Part shown: positions 1 through 13,305 of the stretch, one piece after another
How positions within the stretch are numbered: position 1 is the stretch's first letter
Layout of the letters: each line of letters starts with the position of its first letter
Assembly: GCF_009914755.1 (NCBI RefSeq)
Contig: NC_060939.1
Reading direction: 5' to 3' (one strand)
DNA from: the human T2T-CHM13v2.0 reference genome, Homo sapiens
Length of the DNA stretch: 64,000 nt
Position numbers and translations under genes: made by a program
The notes under the pieces: generated by a model
The model's database searches: none
The model's input: only the letters and a program-made list of their open reading frames with translations
Told to the model about the DNA's origin: nothing

Positions 1-338
<338 letters not shown>

Positions 339-3094
339 TCAAAGCCCTCACCCTTTTGCTAACCTGCACTAGGTTCTATTCAATAGAGATATAATGAAAA
401 CAGAGTATCTGTTTCTGGGAGTTCTTTGATCCCCTCTCTTAAAAAGAAATTTCGTCTAATGTCTTAAGAATGCCAACCCAGCTCCACAGCAACGTCGATA
501 GCAAACTGTGAGGAGTAAGGGTAAAAGATCAGTTGATGGCCAGTTTTCTATTCTTATATGGAAGTCAATGATAAAGAAACTGATAACAGATGATCTATCT
601 TATTTATGGCTCCATCAATTTGATTAAGGGAAAATTAAAATTTAGAATCAAAAGTATAAGTAAAATGTTGGGATGGGAGGGCAATAAAAAACACCTCTTT
701 CCCCACACAAGTGCTACGCCAGCTGGGGGCAGACAAGCTGGCAGGGGAAGAGGAAGTGATCCACCTTACTGATGATAAAGCTGTTGGAGAATAGAGCTTT
801 CCAATATCATCCCCAATTTTACCTCCTCCGCCCCAGGGAGCACTGGGCAATTACAGGCTCCCCACATAGGGCCCAGCCCGAAAACCTCAGAGCATGGAAG
901 ACAGACCAGAGTGCCCCTGCTCTACGGGCTGAGCCAAATACCCAAAACCAACCAATTATATGAGACACTCTCTTCCCATGGGAAGAAGTGGATGAGGGGA
1001 GGGCCCAGGGGCCAGGAGTATTTAGGAAAATCCTCCCATATGAATACCAGAGGAGGAGGAGTGAGATATGCCCCACATACCACTAGGAAATATTATGATT
1101 AAAGTAACAGATGTTGATAAGGTAAAGTCCCTGGGATACCATCCATGCAGATTTTCTTCTTTCCGGCTCATGAGTGAAATGTTCAAAAGATGTGAATTTT
1201 TCAAATGGAAACTTCCACTAAGTAAGTTGAACCTCTTTGATCAAAGTCTTAAAAATCTAAGGCTGGTCTGCTTGTCACCTTAAGCACATTTTTTGGTTGG
1301 TAGCATAGCTTAGCCCTATGCCTGTTGATCATTGTGTTGTGTTTCAATTCAGCAACGCCTTAGGGACCAGGAGTTGGGTTATAGGGGGTCTGTTTCCTAT
1401 GGAGAAGGGCTGCAAACTCTTGGGCTTTTAAAAATCTTTCTGCCTTATACGTTTGTTGTTTCTTATACTCAGAGCACCTGCCTTTAGCAGCTACCTTCTA
1501 ATAATCTACTATGGGCTAGGATACTTAACAACCAGCTTGCTATAATTAGGGGTAAAATTAAAATAAGTCAGCTAAAAGGGAGGGGATTTCAAAGTGTGAA
1601 ATATATAAGCTCTGAATCATCTCTCATTTTTTCCAGGTTAAAAAAACTGTTAAGTGATTGTAGCTGTGTTCTGGATAGCTAAGTTTGCTTAATACCACCT
1701 CAGTGAATTCTTATAATGATTCTTACTAAATTATAAACAAGTACATTATTTAAGGTGCACAGCCATCAGTAGCGCTGCTCTGCAACATTACTTGGTCATA
1801 GCCAGGATTTGAGCACTGGGCTGGCAGATGCCCAGGCCCGTGCTCCTTTCATGCCTTCCAGGGCTTTGCAGTTCAGCCAGCTTGCACACATCCAAGTTGT
1901 AGGTCAGGATTAGGGAAGGCAGCTGCTACCTACCATGGGCTGGATGGTCTTTTAGGTCACTCCCAGTTTAGATAATCTGATATATAATGGCAACAAGGAA
2001 ACCTGAATACTGTTAAGTTTTGTGCAGAAGCCTCAGGACCAATCCCATTTCTGTGCTTGGTCCCAGGAGTGGTTTGGAGCATGTTGGGAGCCTCCAGGGA
2101 GACGTGACCATGGGCAGCACTGAACTGCCTTCCTCCTAAGCTGCTCAAAGCGGGTGCTCACCTGCCTCCCCAGCTTCCCCACCACGCAGGGCATGGAATG
2201 CAGATATGGCTGCTCTGCTCTCAGCCCTGAGCACGAGGCCTCTGTAACAGTCAGTTTCTACTTTACTCTGAGATCACTTGATGTGGATGGCTTGAAACAT
2301 AAAGCCTCTCAAGGAAGCTCAGATTAAGTGGAGGTGCTACAGAGAGAAGACCAAGGGGTCTTCAAGAAATAAAAACCCAGCTGGGCCTCATGGGCTCAGG
2401 TGCTGACAGCAACCAAGACAGCAGGGAGGAGGTAGCCTGCCTACCCCTTGTGTCTCTCCATCTCCCCATGTTCACACACATACGCACACACGCATGGCCT
2501 CTTGTTTCAGCTACTTGCTGCAAACTGCCTTCCTCTCGCGATTCCTTAGCAGGCATGGGGCACAACAAGGTTGTCAGCCCCAACTCCATGTGGTCTTTTA
2601 GTTCAAGCACCACCCGGTGGTGGACAAGACCTGCTGGGTCCCATAAGAGCGAGAATCTTGGTTACTGGTTGGCCAATCCATGGCCCCTCTGTGAGTCCAA
2701 TGTGTGCCCCTGGTCTGAGCAGCTGTGTGGTAGGGGTTTGGGGGCGAGGGCATTGTGGTGCAAACCCAGCTCCCTAGTCTGACTGGACTCAGTGAAGGGT
2801 TGGTCCCCAGAGCAAGATGGGTGGTAGATACCCCATATCCTATCTTCCCATGTTTCAGATGCAGGACTCAGCCTGAAAGCGCTTTTCTGCACTAAAAGAA
2901 CAATAATGAATCCCAAGTTAGTACTGTGTTTTCCTCATAATCTGACTCCCTGTAACACTGGGTCAGCTTCCTTTACAATAATAATTATTATTTTAAATAA
3001 ATTATAAATAATTTTTGGAATAAATTATGGTTTGGAGAAAACTAGAGATAGGAAGACAGAGCATCTCCTCACCGGGCACAATGCTGGGATGGAA

Positions 3095-3290
3095 AATGCT
3101 GGCTTTGTCACTTCCCAGCTGTGTGGTCCTGGGCGAGTCACTTCACTTCTCTGAGCCACCATTTTCCCATCCAGGAATTCAGGATGATAATAGTACCTAC
3201 TGGACAGGATTGTTTGAGGATTAAATGAGATATGTCGATTTACGATGTGTGCACGGCGTGGCACATAGAACGTGCTCAGAATAGAATTGC
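3095..3290 (+). mobile_element. MIR
   Basis: MIR core motifs (gctgtgtg..ctgggcgagtcacttcacttctctgagcc; gaggattaaatgaga). Confidence 0.75.
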
Positions 3291-3492
3291 CATTCTCATT
3301 AGCTTTTTCTTCAATGCATTTGTTCCTTATTTCTCCAACTACATGCAACTCGGTGGTAGACATGGTTCCATTCTATAAGGCCGCTGGGTCTACCTGCTAT
3401 GACCAGCTCAGAGTAAATGTCTCGGTGGGTGGGAGGAGAAGAGGGAGGTTTGAGTGTCCAAGCAAATGCCCAGCAATGCTCCTTGTGTGCAG

Positions 3493-3697
3493 GCTGTTGT
3501 TCCTGAAGCTGAAAGCTCAGAACGAGAGAGAGAAGTTTGCTTTCTGCTCCATGAAAGGCTGTGAGAGGATAAAGATTAAAGCTCTGATTCCAAAGAACGC
3601 AGGCGTCAGTGACTGCACAGCCACAGCTTACCCCAAGTTCACCGAGAGGGCTGTCGTAGACGTGCCGATGCCCAAGAAGCTCTTTGGTTCTCAGCTG
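3493..3697 (+). CDS. CEMIP: CEMIP coding exon, 5th from last (G|LLFLKLKAQNEREKF...KKLFGSQL)
   Basis: tgcAG acceptor at 3491-3492 and GTGAGT donor at 3698; 205 nt; translation matches the CEMIP C-terminal region as I recall it and phases correctly with the next exon. Confidence 0.96.
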
Positions 3698-3716
3698 GTG
3701 AGTGGCTGAGAGCAAA

Positions 3717-3780
3717 GCCTAGACCCCTTTGCCGTCCAGTCGGGCCTAGAGCCCTTTGCCGTCCAGTCGGGCCCAGACCC
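3717..3780. repeat. 27-bp tandem repeat, 2.4 copies
   Basis: GCCTAGA(C/G)CCCTTTGCCGTCCAGTCGG at 3717-3743 and 3744-3770, plus a partial copy. Confidence 0.95.
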
Positions 3781-3894
3781 AATTAGGTCCCTCACTCAGC
3801 TCCATAAACCATTTCCTGTGACTGGGGATACGGGAAGAGGAGGGGAATGACTACCCAAACCTAACAATTACATTGGGTTCTATGTGTTTTCCAG

Positions 3895-3981
3895 AAAACA
3901 AAGGACCATTTCTTGGAGGTGAAGATGGAGAGTTCCAAGCAGCACTTCTTCCACCTCTGGAACGACTTCGCTTACATTGAA
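3895..3981 (+). CDS. CEMIP: CEMIP coding exon (KTKDHFLEVKMESSKQHFFHLWNDFAYIE)
   Basis: ttttccAG acceptor 3893-3894, GTAAGT donor 3982; 87 nt, phase 0/0. Confidence 0.96.
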
Positions 3982-4029
3982 GTAAGTGCCTCTGGCCCCT
4001 GGAGGATTCGGGTTTGCTCATTGAGAGGT

Positions 4030-4432
4030 GATACTGTGTCCTGGGGCTGCTGGCACAAATTACTGCAAACTGGGAGCAAGGTGTTGGCAGGGGTGGTTTC
4101 CTCCAGGGGGCTTGGGGCGGGGAACCTGTTCCATGCCTCTTCTCGCTCCTGGTGGCTGCCAGCACTCCTGAGCATTCCTCAGCTTGCAGACACATTAATC
4201 TCTGTCTTTATGTGGGCTTTTCTCCTGAGTGTCTGCGTCTCACCTCTCCTCCTGCCTTTCTTTTGCAAAGGCACCTATCTTTGAATTTAGGGCCCACCCT
4301 AAAAATCCAGAAGGTTTAATCAAAAAATCTTTTAACTTAATTCCGTCTGCAAAGATTCTATTTTCACATAAGCCCACTTTCACAGGTTCCGGGTGGACAT
4401 AACTTTTGCAGGGCCACTATTTGACCCACTAC
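4030..4432 (-). mobile_element. MaLR LTR (MLT1C-like)
   Basis: Typical MLT1 motifs (caaggtgttggcaggg; tttagggcccaccct; cacaggttcc). Confidence 0.7.
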
Positions 4433-4588
4433 TGAGGGCTACGAGGAGTTAAGTGGATAATGGAGTTTACGCTTCAAATAGATGCATAGGCAACTTCTGC
4501 CTTCAGGGTCTGCTTGGGAACCACCTGGGCAGGAGAACCATGGGGCCTTGGCACCCTGCCTCACACCTGGATTGCTCTGGCTCTGTAG

Positions 4589-4746
4589 GTGGATGGGAAG
4601 AAGTACCCCAGTTCGGAGGATGGCATCCAGGTGGTGGTGATTGACGGGAACCAAGGGCGCGTGGTGAGCCACACGAGCTTCAGGAACTCCATTCTGCAAG
4701 GCATACCATGGCAGCTTTTCAACTATGTGGCGACCATCCCTGACAA
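4589..4746 (+). CDS. CEMIP: CEMIP coding exon (VDGKKYPSSEDGIQVVVIDG...VATIPD)
   Basis: ctgtAG acceptor 4587-4588, GTGAGT donor 4747; 158 nt ending in a split Asn codon (AA|T). Confidence 0.96.
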
Positions 4747-5641
4747 GTGAGTCTGTACCTCTGCTTCTGGAATTGGCTGCTGGCACAGCAGACCCCTGGG
4801 CAAGGGCCCCCTCCCTCTCACAAAGGCCCTCATCACAGATCAGTCTGGAAAAGCTCAGGCAGTCTCCACAGCCTGCCCACAAATCATGGGTGTTGGACAA
4901 GAGCGTCCTTGCCTGTGGACTCTGGTGTTGGAGCTGGGCTGCTGTGAATGTAGGTCAGGCGGAGGCAGGCGGGACAGCCCCGCTGCACATGGGAAGGTTG
5001 CCCTGGCCCTCTTCACTACACTCCCAGCATGATCTCATCCCCTCCCACACCTTCAATACGATCCAAGTGCTGGTGGCTACTATCTCCAGCCCGGATCTCC
5101 TTCCTAAGCACCAGACATTCCAGTCCAACTGCTACTTGGACAACGCCACCTGGACATCTTGTATGGAACTGAATTCTCAGCCTTTTAAAATGTTTAACCT
5201 CCCAAACCAGCCACTCATCCTACTTCTTCAGTTTTGATGAAATCATCACAATTCATCCTGATAGCCAGGCCAGAATCTGGGCATTCTGTTTGTCTCCTCT
5301 TTCTTTCCTCCACATGCTATCATCACACCCTATCAATTCTGCCTGCAGTACTGCTCGCCTGCTGGTTCCCTCCACAGCGTCCTCTCTTCTGCCACTCTGC
5401 CCCGGCCTTTGCTGTTCATCACCAACACTGTTGGCACAGTCTCCTAACGGGCCTCCCTCTTCCAGTTGCCCCAACTCCAACCCATCTTCCATATTGGCCG
5501 CTGGTTTAAACTTCTTAAATGTAGGGAAAACCTGTGTCCCCTCTCCTTAGCAAACTTTGGTAATTCCCCAGTACCTTACAAGTCTCCCCACATCGCCTCC
5601 TCGGTGAGGTCTTTTCCGATCCAACCCAAAAGTTCTACCTT

Positions 5642-5941
5642 GGCAGGGCGCATTGGCTCACACCTGTAATTTCAGCACTTTGGGAGGCCGAGGTGGGTGG
5701 ATCATGAGGTCAGGAGTTTGACATCAGCCTGGCCAATATGGTGAAACCCCATCTCTACTAAAAGTACAAAAAAATTAGCTGGGTGTGGTGGTGCACACCT
5801 GTAGTCCCAGCTACTCAGGAGGCTGAGGCAGGAGAATCGCTTGAACCCAGGAGGCGGACGTTGCAGTGAGCCGAGATTGCGCAGCTGCACTCCAGCCTGG
5901 GTGACACAGCAAGACTCCGTCTCAAAAAAATAAAAAATAAA
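5642..5941 (+). mobile_element. AluS with TSD AAAAGTTCTACCT
   Basis: Full dimer, A-tail, flanking direct repeat. Confidence 0.95.
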
Positions 5942-7934
5942 AGTTCTACCTCTGCTAAAGCACTACTCACAATAGGTCTGGTGGACACATCTGTTGCCCC
6001 ATCAAGAGTGTGGCCTTCTCAATGTTGGGGCCATGTCTAACTTCCCTTTGCATTTCTAGCACAGAACATGGCTAGTTAAGTGAGTGTACAGTTCACTCAG
6101 GAGCCACAACCTGGTGGAAAGTCTAAGCGCTTCATGTGGTACCTGCTACATAGTAGGTGCTTAGTAAACATTAATAGTTATTAAATGAAAGCAAATGTAC
6201 TTCCCAGATGCTGACTCCATGAGGGGCACGACGTGAACTGGGCACCTGGCGAGATTTTGGATAATGGGATTTTGCTTAACCACATTTACTCCCTCCCTCA
6301 TTCCCCCATCAGATGCTTCTTCGGCATTCTATTTTTCATATGCAGATTCAGACAGAGGACAAGGTTGACCAAATTGGGAAAAATAGTTATCCTCTAGAGA
6401 TCATGACGTTTTGGGCAGAGAATTTTCTTTTGAAATGAAAGATGATGCAGAAGCTTGGAATAAGAAACTAGACTGCAGTGCTACTCTGTTTGGAACCATG
6501 TGCAAGGCTCCCACCAGCCCGAGCAGCAGCACCTCTCTGGGGGAAGCCCTTACTGGAATGGGCCACTCCCTGGGCTGGCGCTGGGCACCCAGGCAGGCAT
6601 TGGTACCACTAGACCCCTCTCTAACCTCCTGGAAAGCAGCAGGGAATGAGGCAAGGTAGATCCTGTTCTACTGTGGCTGCGGGCCCTGCCTAGCCTGGCC
6701 CATGCTTCCTACCCCATCCAGCAGGCCACTACTGGCCCCAGGGTCCTGGGGAGAGAAGAGGGCAGCTGCTCACACCAGAAACATCTAGCATGGCTTCTGG
6801 GAGCTGCCTCTGCACTGCCACTCTGTGGGAGACTGTGCTGGCTGGGGCATGGGCTTATAGGCCATGAGGATGGCACACCAGGCAAAGAAGTGTTCCCAAC
6901 ATAGGTAGGCAGGCTTCTGGGCATCAGTGGGAAGGGGTGGGGACACAAGAAGCCCATCTCTCTGTCCCGCTCCTGTGAGCTAACTTAGATCCCCATCAGG
7001 AGGGCAAGACCTACATTTGAGTCCCCCAAGTAGGAAGGCTGAGCTCCAACAAAGGACCATTAGCTTTTGTTCTGAAATGAAACAATGCAGAAATATCCTC
7101 CTGAGAACAGATCCTGAATCTAGAGTGGAGGATGTGTTAGCAATGAGACCTGTCTCCTTAAGGGGCCTCACCCTACCAACCCTTTGGGCCTCCCTCTCCA
7201 GCCTTCCTCAAGGGCCTGAGGCAGCCCCAGCTCCCTTCCCATCTATCCTTATTTCACACAAGCCCTTCGCATCTTAAGATCTTTCCCGCTGTTCCCAGTG
7301 GGACACAAATGGGGGTAACAACAGGTTCCAGAATCCTATACAGTTTTTCCATGTCTGGACTGTGGTCTGTGGTTACAGAGTTCCTTTGAGATACAAACTG
7401 GACGCCCCATTGAGCTTCTGCCCCATTTCTATTCCCAAGGGAGGTGCTCACTTCCTCCTATCTGGCCCAGTGTGCTGAGTCTGCCACTGTGAAGGCTATT
7501 TTCCCAGCACTTTGGACTGAATACACCCCGAGGCAGGGGATAGACACTCCTTATTCCCAAGTCGAACTTTTGCAATTTGGGACCTTCAGGCTGGGTGCAC
7601 ACATTGCTCCAAACCTCTGTGTCTTTCAAGCACATTTCCCTTTGGTAGGTCCTCTGAGATACTTGGTAACTATTTGCTTCAATCTCCCCATTTGCAAAAT
7701 AGAGGCAATAGCCCTGTGTTGCCTAACCAGAGAGAGGTGACGTGAACGTAAGAGGTCAATCTGAGCTCTTGGTACAACCCGAGCATCATGGTAACGACAT
7801 GGTGTTCTCCCAGAAAGACTTCAAACCTGGCCATGCTCTTCCTGCAGCTCAGAGAAGGCTGGCTCTGGACTACACTAAGCCTGTGTCCATCAAAAGAAGA
7901 CAGCAAAAGAAAGATGCGCTCCAAGAGAAATCTT

Positions 7935-8090
7935 CTAGCATGGGGCTTCTCGAGCTTTAATGTATACATGATCACCTGCAGATCTTGTAAAAATGCAGAT
8001 TCTGATTCAGGAAGTCTGCAATGGAGGAATTCTGTGGTTCTAATGAAATCCCAGGGGATGCCAAATGGAGCTGGTCTCTAGAACCTTCAG
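7935..8090. mobile_element. MER5A-like hAT-Charlie element, ending in a 16-bp tandem duplication (8077-8108)
   Basis: atcacctgcagatcttgtaaaaatgcagattctgattcag motif; TCTAGAACCTTCAGGA x2. Confidence 0.65.
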
Positions 8091-8608
8091 GATCTAGAAC
8101 CTTCAGGAGCTCCTGGATGGTTTTATGATTTGACAGATGCTCCCCTCCGCCTTCCCGCACCTCCTCTCTTTCTCTTCCCTTTCTCCTTCCTTCCTCCATC
8201 ACCACATTTCTATCTGGTCTTACCTAACCAGGGTTGAGAACATTCAAGGGAAGAGATACATATCGAAGTCCTACTGTGTGCCGAGCCCTGGCATGGTACG
8301 CTCTGCTTACATCCTCTCCTCTGTTTGGAGAGAGACATGTAAACGCGGTGAGCCAAGTCCAGGCTTGGAGAAGGCTGTGGGCACCAACTGTGGCCAGATG
8401 TGTGGGAGGGAGCTCAGGATGTTCGTCACCACATGGAAAGAGCCCGTCAGCTCAGAACACAGGAGAGGCTGCCCTTTCCCGAATCCCTGGACAGGCCTCT
8501 GGGCACTGCTAACTCCAGTCCCACCATGCACAAACCAACATCCCTCCCCATGCCCACTTTCTCCAGTTTGCTCTCTCCCTCTGGTCTAATTGGTTTCTTC
8601 TCACACAG

Positions 8609-8709
8609 TTCCATAGTGCTTATGGCATCAAAGGGAAGATACGTCTCCAGAGGCCCATGGACCAGAGTGCTGGAAAAGCTTGGGGCAGACAGGGGTCTCA
8701 AGTTGAAAG
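8609..8709 (+). CDS. CEMIP: CEMIP penultimate coding exon (SIVLMASKGRYVSRGPWTRVLEKLGADRGLKLK)
   Basis: tcacacAG acceptor 8607-8608, GTAAGG donor 8710; 101 nt, phase-compatible on both sides. Confidence 0.96.
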
Positions 8710-10440
8710 GTAAGGGTTTGAACTGGGGTTTAAACTGACCCCAAAACCAGAGAAGGCAAATGCCTGGCATGGAGGGTGCTGTCATCTTTTGCTGAGTTGA
8801 GAACATGCTTTGTACTAAACGTGGGTACAACCTAAGAATCCCCCACACAACTAGTGGTCTACTGGAATGGATGGGCAAGATGCCACCTGTTTACCACCCC
8901 TGCACTGCAGCAAATTTATTATAACTTGCCACCAGCCACTGAAAGAAAATTGCTATATTTGTTGACTCATTTGCTTGGAAAGTGGCCCTTTATTCAACAA
9001 AAGTATCATAAGAAAAGTGGCTTAGTCTCACCCTCCTACCCAATTCCTGCTATTCAGACTGGCCAGGGGTCCTGCATCTTCTTCAACATTCTAGCTGATG
9101 CCTAGCGTTTGTACAGTCCTTTGCAGCTTGCAAAACTCTTATTTGTTCCAGAAAACTAAAGCCCAGAGAACCTACATGGCTTGTCCAAGGCCAGGCAGCT
9201 TCGGTGGTGAAGCCTAGCACAGGCTTGCTGGCTGTGCTGGAAGAAGCCATCCAGGAGGGACATGTCAGCATGACACCCATTATCATCACAAAAACTAGGT
9301 GCAGGGAGAGTCCTCAGAGAGGCTGTATGGGCGGCAGAGAAGCTCCACGGGCAATAATGATAATGATCATTGTGGTTGCTATTCAATGTTCAGCCTTGCA
9401 CTTTGCACAACATGTTATAATTATCTCACTTACTCATTAATAACCTGTGCAGCAGGTACTATTATTTCCATTTAAGATGAGGACACCAAGAATTTAACAG
9501 CCAAGCCACTTGCTTAAGGTTAGGACTTGGATCCTAATCTTCCTAACTCAAAGCTGGGCTTCTTAGTTATACACCATCCTCACTATGGAAAACATCAAAA
9601 TCAGAAACCCATCATATGGGGCAATGAGAAAAATCAGAAGCAATGCAAACCCTTCAAACCAGCCAAAGGAGGACATAAGGAAAAGAGAAGTATCCTTTCC
9701 AGCCCAGTCCTGAAATCATTTTGGAGCCTCTGTCTTTTAAATTAAGATCCCGGTTGCCAAAAGCTGATGTATGTAAGGTGACCTAAGTTGAATGGCACTT
9801 TCCCGGTGGTGATAAATGCATGTTGCCTGCCAAGATGGGCTGAGTATAGACGTGGATTCCCATGCCCCTCGGATGCTCAAGCTGTGAACTGCAAGATGGA
9901 GAGTGCTGTGTGGGTTTCAGGGGTTTAGAGTTCTAATCTGGGGTGCACCATTTACTCCACACTCTTGGTCAGATTTCTTCACCTCTCAGAACTCTTTCTA
10001 GAGCCACAGAGTGATAGAGTGGGGAAGGAGATCTTGTAGATCAATGCCATCATTTGATGGATGGGAACACTGGGCTTCAGAGAGGGGCAGGGACTTGCTG
10101 GTTGTCCTAGGGGCAGCTCGAAGGTAGGCAGGTTCCTAGGAGGTCTCCTCCCTTACAGTTTGCCCCATTTCCTGCTGTGCATGGCTCCCCTGTCTACAAC
10201 AAAGCCATCACCCTGCCTAGGTGGCAGTGAGGCTCAGGTGAGACCCTGCCTGCCCCATACAAACACATGTCAGGCACCATCAGTAGCTGAGCACAGAGCT
10301 CTTCCCAAGGGGCCACAGTGCAGTGTGGCTAGGCGGTACCTGGTGGGCGTGGGGGGCTGGCGATGGGGAGCCATGGAACGGGGTGGGGCAGCCGTCCTCT
10401 CATAGGGCTTTTGCTCAGGAGACTCATCATTGCTTTTCAG

Positions 10441-10568
10441 AGCAAATGGCATTCGTTGGCTTCAAAGGCAGCTTCCGGCCCATCTGGGTGACACTGGACA
10501 CTGAGGATCACAAAGCCAAAATCTTCCAAGTTGTGCCCATCCCTGTGGTGAAGAAGAAGAAGTTGTGA
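10441..10568 (+). CDS. CEMIP: CEMIP terminal coding exon (EQMAFVGFKGSFRPIW...VVKKKKL*)
   Basis: cttttcAG acceptor 10439-10440; TGA at 10566-10568; recognised CEMIP C-terminus. Confidence 0.97.
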
Positions 10569-13305
10569 GGACAGCTGCCGCCCGGTGCCACCTCGTGGTA
10601 GACTATGACGGTGACTCTTGGCAGCAGACCAGTGGGGGATGGCTGGGTCCCCCAGCCCCTGCCAGCAGCTGCCTGGGAAGGCCGTGTTTCAGCCCTGATG
10701 GGCCAAGGGAAGGCTATCAGAGACCCTGGTGCTGCCACCTGCCCCTACTCAAGTGTCTACCTGGAGCCCCTGGGGCGGTGCTGGCCAATGCTGGAAACAT
10801 TCACTTTCCTGCAGCCTCTTGGGTGCTTCTCTCCTATCTGTGCCTCTTCAGTGGGGGTTTGGGGACCATATCAGGAGACCTGGGTTGTGCTGACAGCAAA
10901 GATCCACTTTGGCAGGAGCCCTGACCCAGCTAGGAGGTAGTCTGGAGGGCTGGTCATTCACAGATCCCCATGGTCTTCAGCAGACAAGTGAGGGTGGTAA
11001 ATGTAGGAGAAAGAGCCTTGGCCTTAAGGAAATCTTTACTCCTGTAAGCAAGAGCCAACCTCACAGGATTAGGAGCTGGGGTAGAACTGGCTATCCTTGG
11101 GGAAGAGGCAAGCCCTGCCTCTGGCCGTGTCCACCTTTCAGGAGACTTTGAGTGGCAGGTTTGGACTTGGACTAGATGACTCTCAAAGGCCCTTTTAGTT
11201 CTGAGATTCCAGAAATCTGCTGCATTTCACATGGTACCTGGAACCCAACAGTTCATGGATATCCACTGATATCCATGATGCTGGGTGCCCCAGCGCACAC
11301 GGGATGGAGAGGTGAGAACTAATGCCTAGCTTGAGGGGTCTGCAGTCCAGTAGGGCAGGCAGTCAGGTCCATGTGCACTGCAATGCCAGGTGGAGAAATC
11401 ACAGAGAGGTAAAATGGAGGCCAGTGCCATTTCAGAGGGGAGGCTCAGGAAGGCTTCTTGCTTACAGGAATGAAGGCTGGGGGCATTTTGCTGGGGGGAG
11501 ATGAGGCAGCCTCTGGAATGGCTCAGGGATTCAGCCCTCCCTGCCGCTGCCTGCTGAAGCTGGTGACTACGGGGTCGCCCTTTGCTCACGTCTCTCTGGC
11601 CCACTCATGATGGAGAAGTGTGGTCAGAGGGGAGCAATGGGCTTTGCTGCTTATGAGCACAGAGGAATTCAGTCCCCAGGCAGCCCTGCCTCTGACTCCA
11701 AGAGGGTGAAGTCCACAGAAGTGAGCTCCTGCCTTAGGGCCTCATTTGCTCTTCATCCAGGGAACTGAGCACAGGGGGCCTCCAGGAGACCCTAGATGTG
11801 CTCGTACTCCCTCGGCCTGGGATTTCAGAGCTGGAAATATAGAAAATATCTAGCCCAAAGCCTTCATTTTAACAGATGGGGAAAGTGAGCCCCCAAGATG
11901 GGAAAGAACCACACAGCTAAGGGAGGGCCTGGGGAGCCCCACCCTAGCCCTTGCTGCCACACCACATTGCCTCAACAACCGGCCCCAGAGTGCCCAGGCA
12001 CTCCTGAGGTAGCTTCTGGAAATGGGGACAAGTCCCCTCGAAGGAAAGGAAATGACTAGAGTAGAATGACAGCTAGCAGATCTCTTCCCTCCTGCTCCCA
12101 GCGCACACAAACCCGCCCTCCCCTTGGTGTTGGCGGTCCCTGTGGCCTTCACTTTGTTCACTACCTGTCAGCCCAGCCTGGGTGCACAGTAGCTGCAACT
12201 CCCCATTGGTGCTACCTGGCTCTCCTGTCTCTGCAGCTCTACAGGTGAGGCCCAGCAGAGGGAGTAGGGCTCGCCATGTTTCTGGTGAGCCAATTTGGCT
12301 GATCTTGGGTGTCTGAACAGCTATTGGGTCCACCCCAGTCCCTTTCAGCTGCTGCTTAATGCCCTGCTCTCTCCCTGGCCCACCTTATAGAGAGCCCAAA
12401 GAGCTCCTGTAAGAGGGAGAACTCTATCTGTGGTTTATAATCTTGCACGAGGCACCAGAGTCTCCCTGGGTCTTGTGATGAACTACATTTATCCCCTTTC
12501 CTGCCCCAACCACAAACTCTTTCCTTCAAAGAGGGCCTGCCTGGCTCCCTCCACCCAACTGCACCCATGAGACTCGGTCCAAGAGTCCATTCCCCAGGTG
12601 GGAGCCAACTGTCAGGGAGGTCTTTCCCACCAAACATCTTTCAGCTGCTGGGAGGTGACCATAGGGCTCTGCTTTTAAAGATATGGCTGCTTCAAAGGCC
12701 AGAGTCACAGGAAGGACTTCTTCCAGGGAGATTAGTGGTGATGGAGAGGAGAGTTAAAATGACCTCATGTCCTTCTTGTCCACGGTTTTGTTGAGTTTTC
12801 ACTCTTCTAATGCAAGGGTCTCACACTGTGAACCACTTAGGATGTGATCACTTTCAGGTGGCCAGGAATGTTGAATGTCTTTGGCTCAGTTCATTTAAAA
12901 AAGATATCTATTTGAAAGTTCTCAGAGTTGTACATATGTTTCACAGTACAGGATCTGTACATAAAAGTTTCTTTCCTAAACCATTCACCAAGAGCCAATA
13001 TCTAGGCATTTTCTTGGTAGCACAAATTTTCTTATTGCTTAGAAAATTGTCCTCCTTGTTATTTCTGTTTGTAAGACTTAAGTGAGTTAGGTCTTTAAGG
13101 AAAGCAACGCTCCTCTGAAATGCTTGTCTTTTTTCTGTTGCCGAAATAGCTGGTCCTTTTTCGGGAGTTAGATGTATAGAGTGTTTGTATGTAAACATTT
13201 CTTGTAGGCATCACCATGAACAAAGATATATTTTCTATTTATTTATTATATGTGCACTTCAAGAAGTCACTGTCAGAGAAATAAAGAATTGTCTTAAATG
13301 TCATG
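10569..13305 (+). other. CEMIP: CEMIP 3' UTR (~2.7 kb, 3' end approximate)
   Basis: Follows the stop codon, contains no obvious interspersed repeats, becomes U-rich distally with overlapping ATTTA motifs near 13237-13246, and ends after an AATAAA. Confidence 0.8.
13280..13285 (+). terminator. CEMIP: CEMIP polyadenylation signal AATAAA
   Basis: Canonical hexamer at the end of the AU-rich distal UTR; an ATTAAA at 13443-13448 may be a secondary signal. Confidence 0.8.

Noticed and set aside
3272-3709. 145-aa ORF and similar ORFs at 3913, 8400 and 10323
   Set aside because: Intron read-through around real CEMIP exons
8077-8108. 16-bp tandem duplication
   Set aside because: Ordinary slippage event at a MER5A end, about 500 nt from the nearest exon
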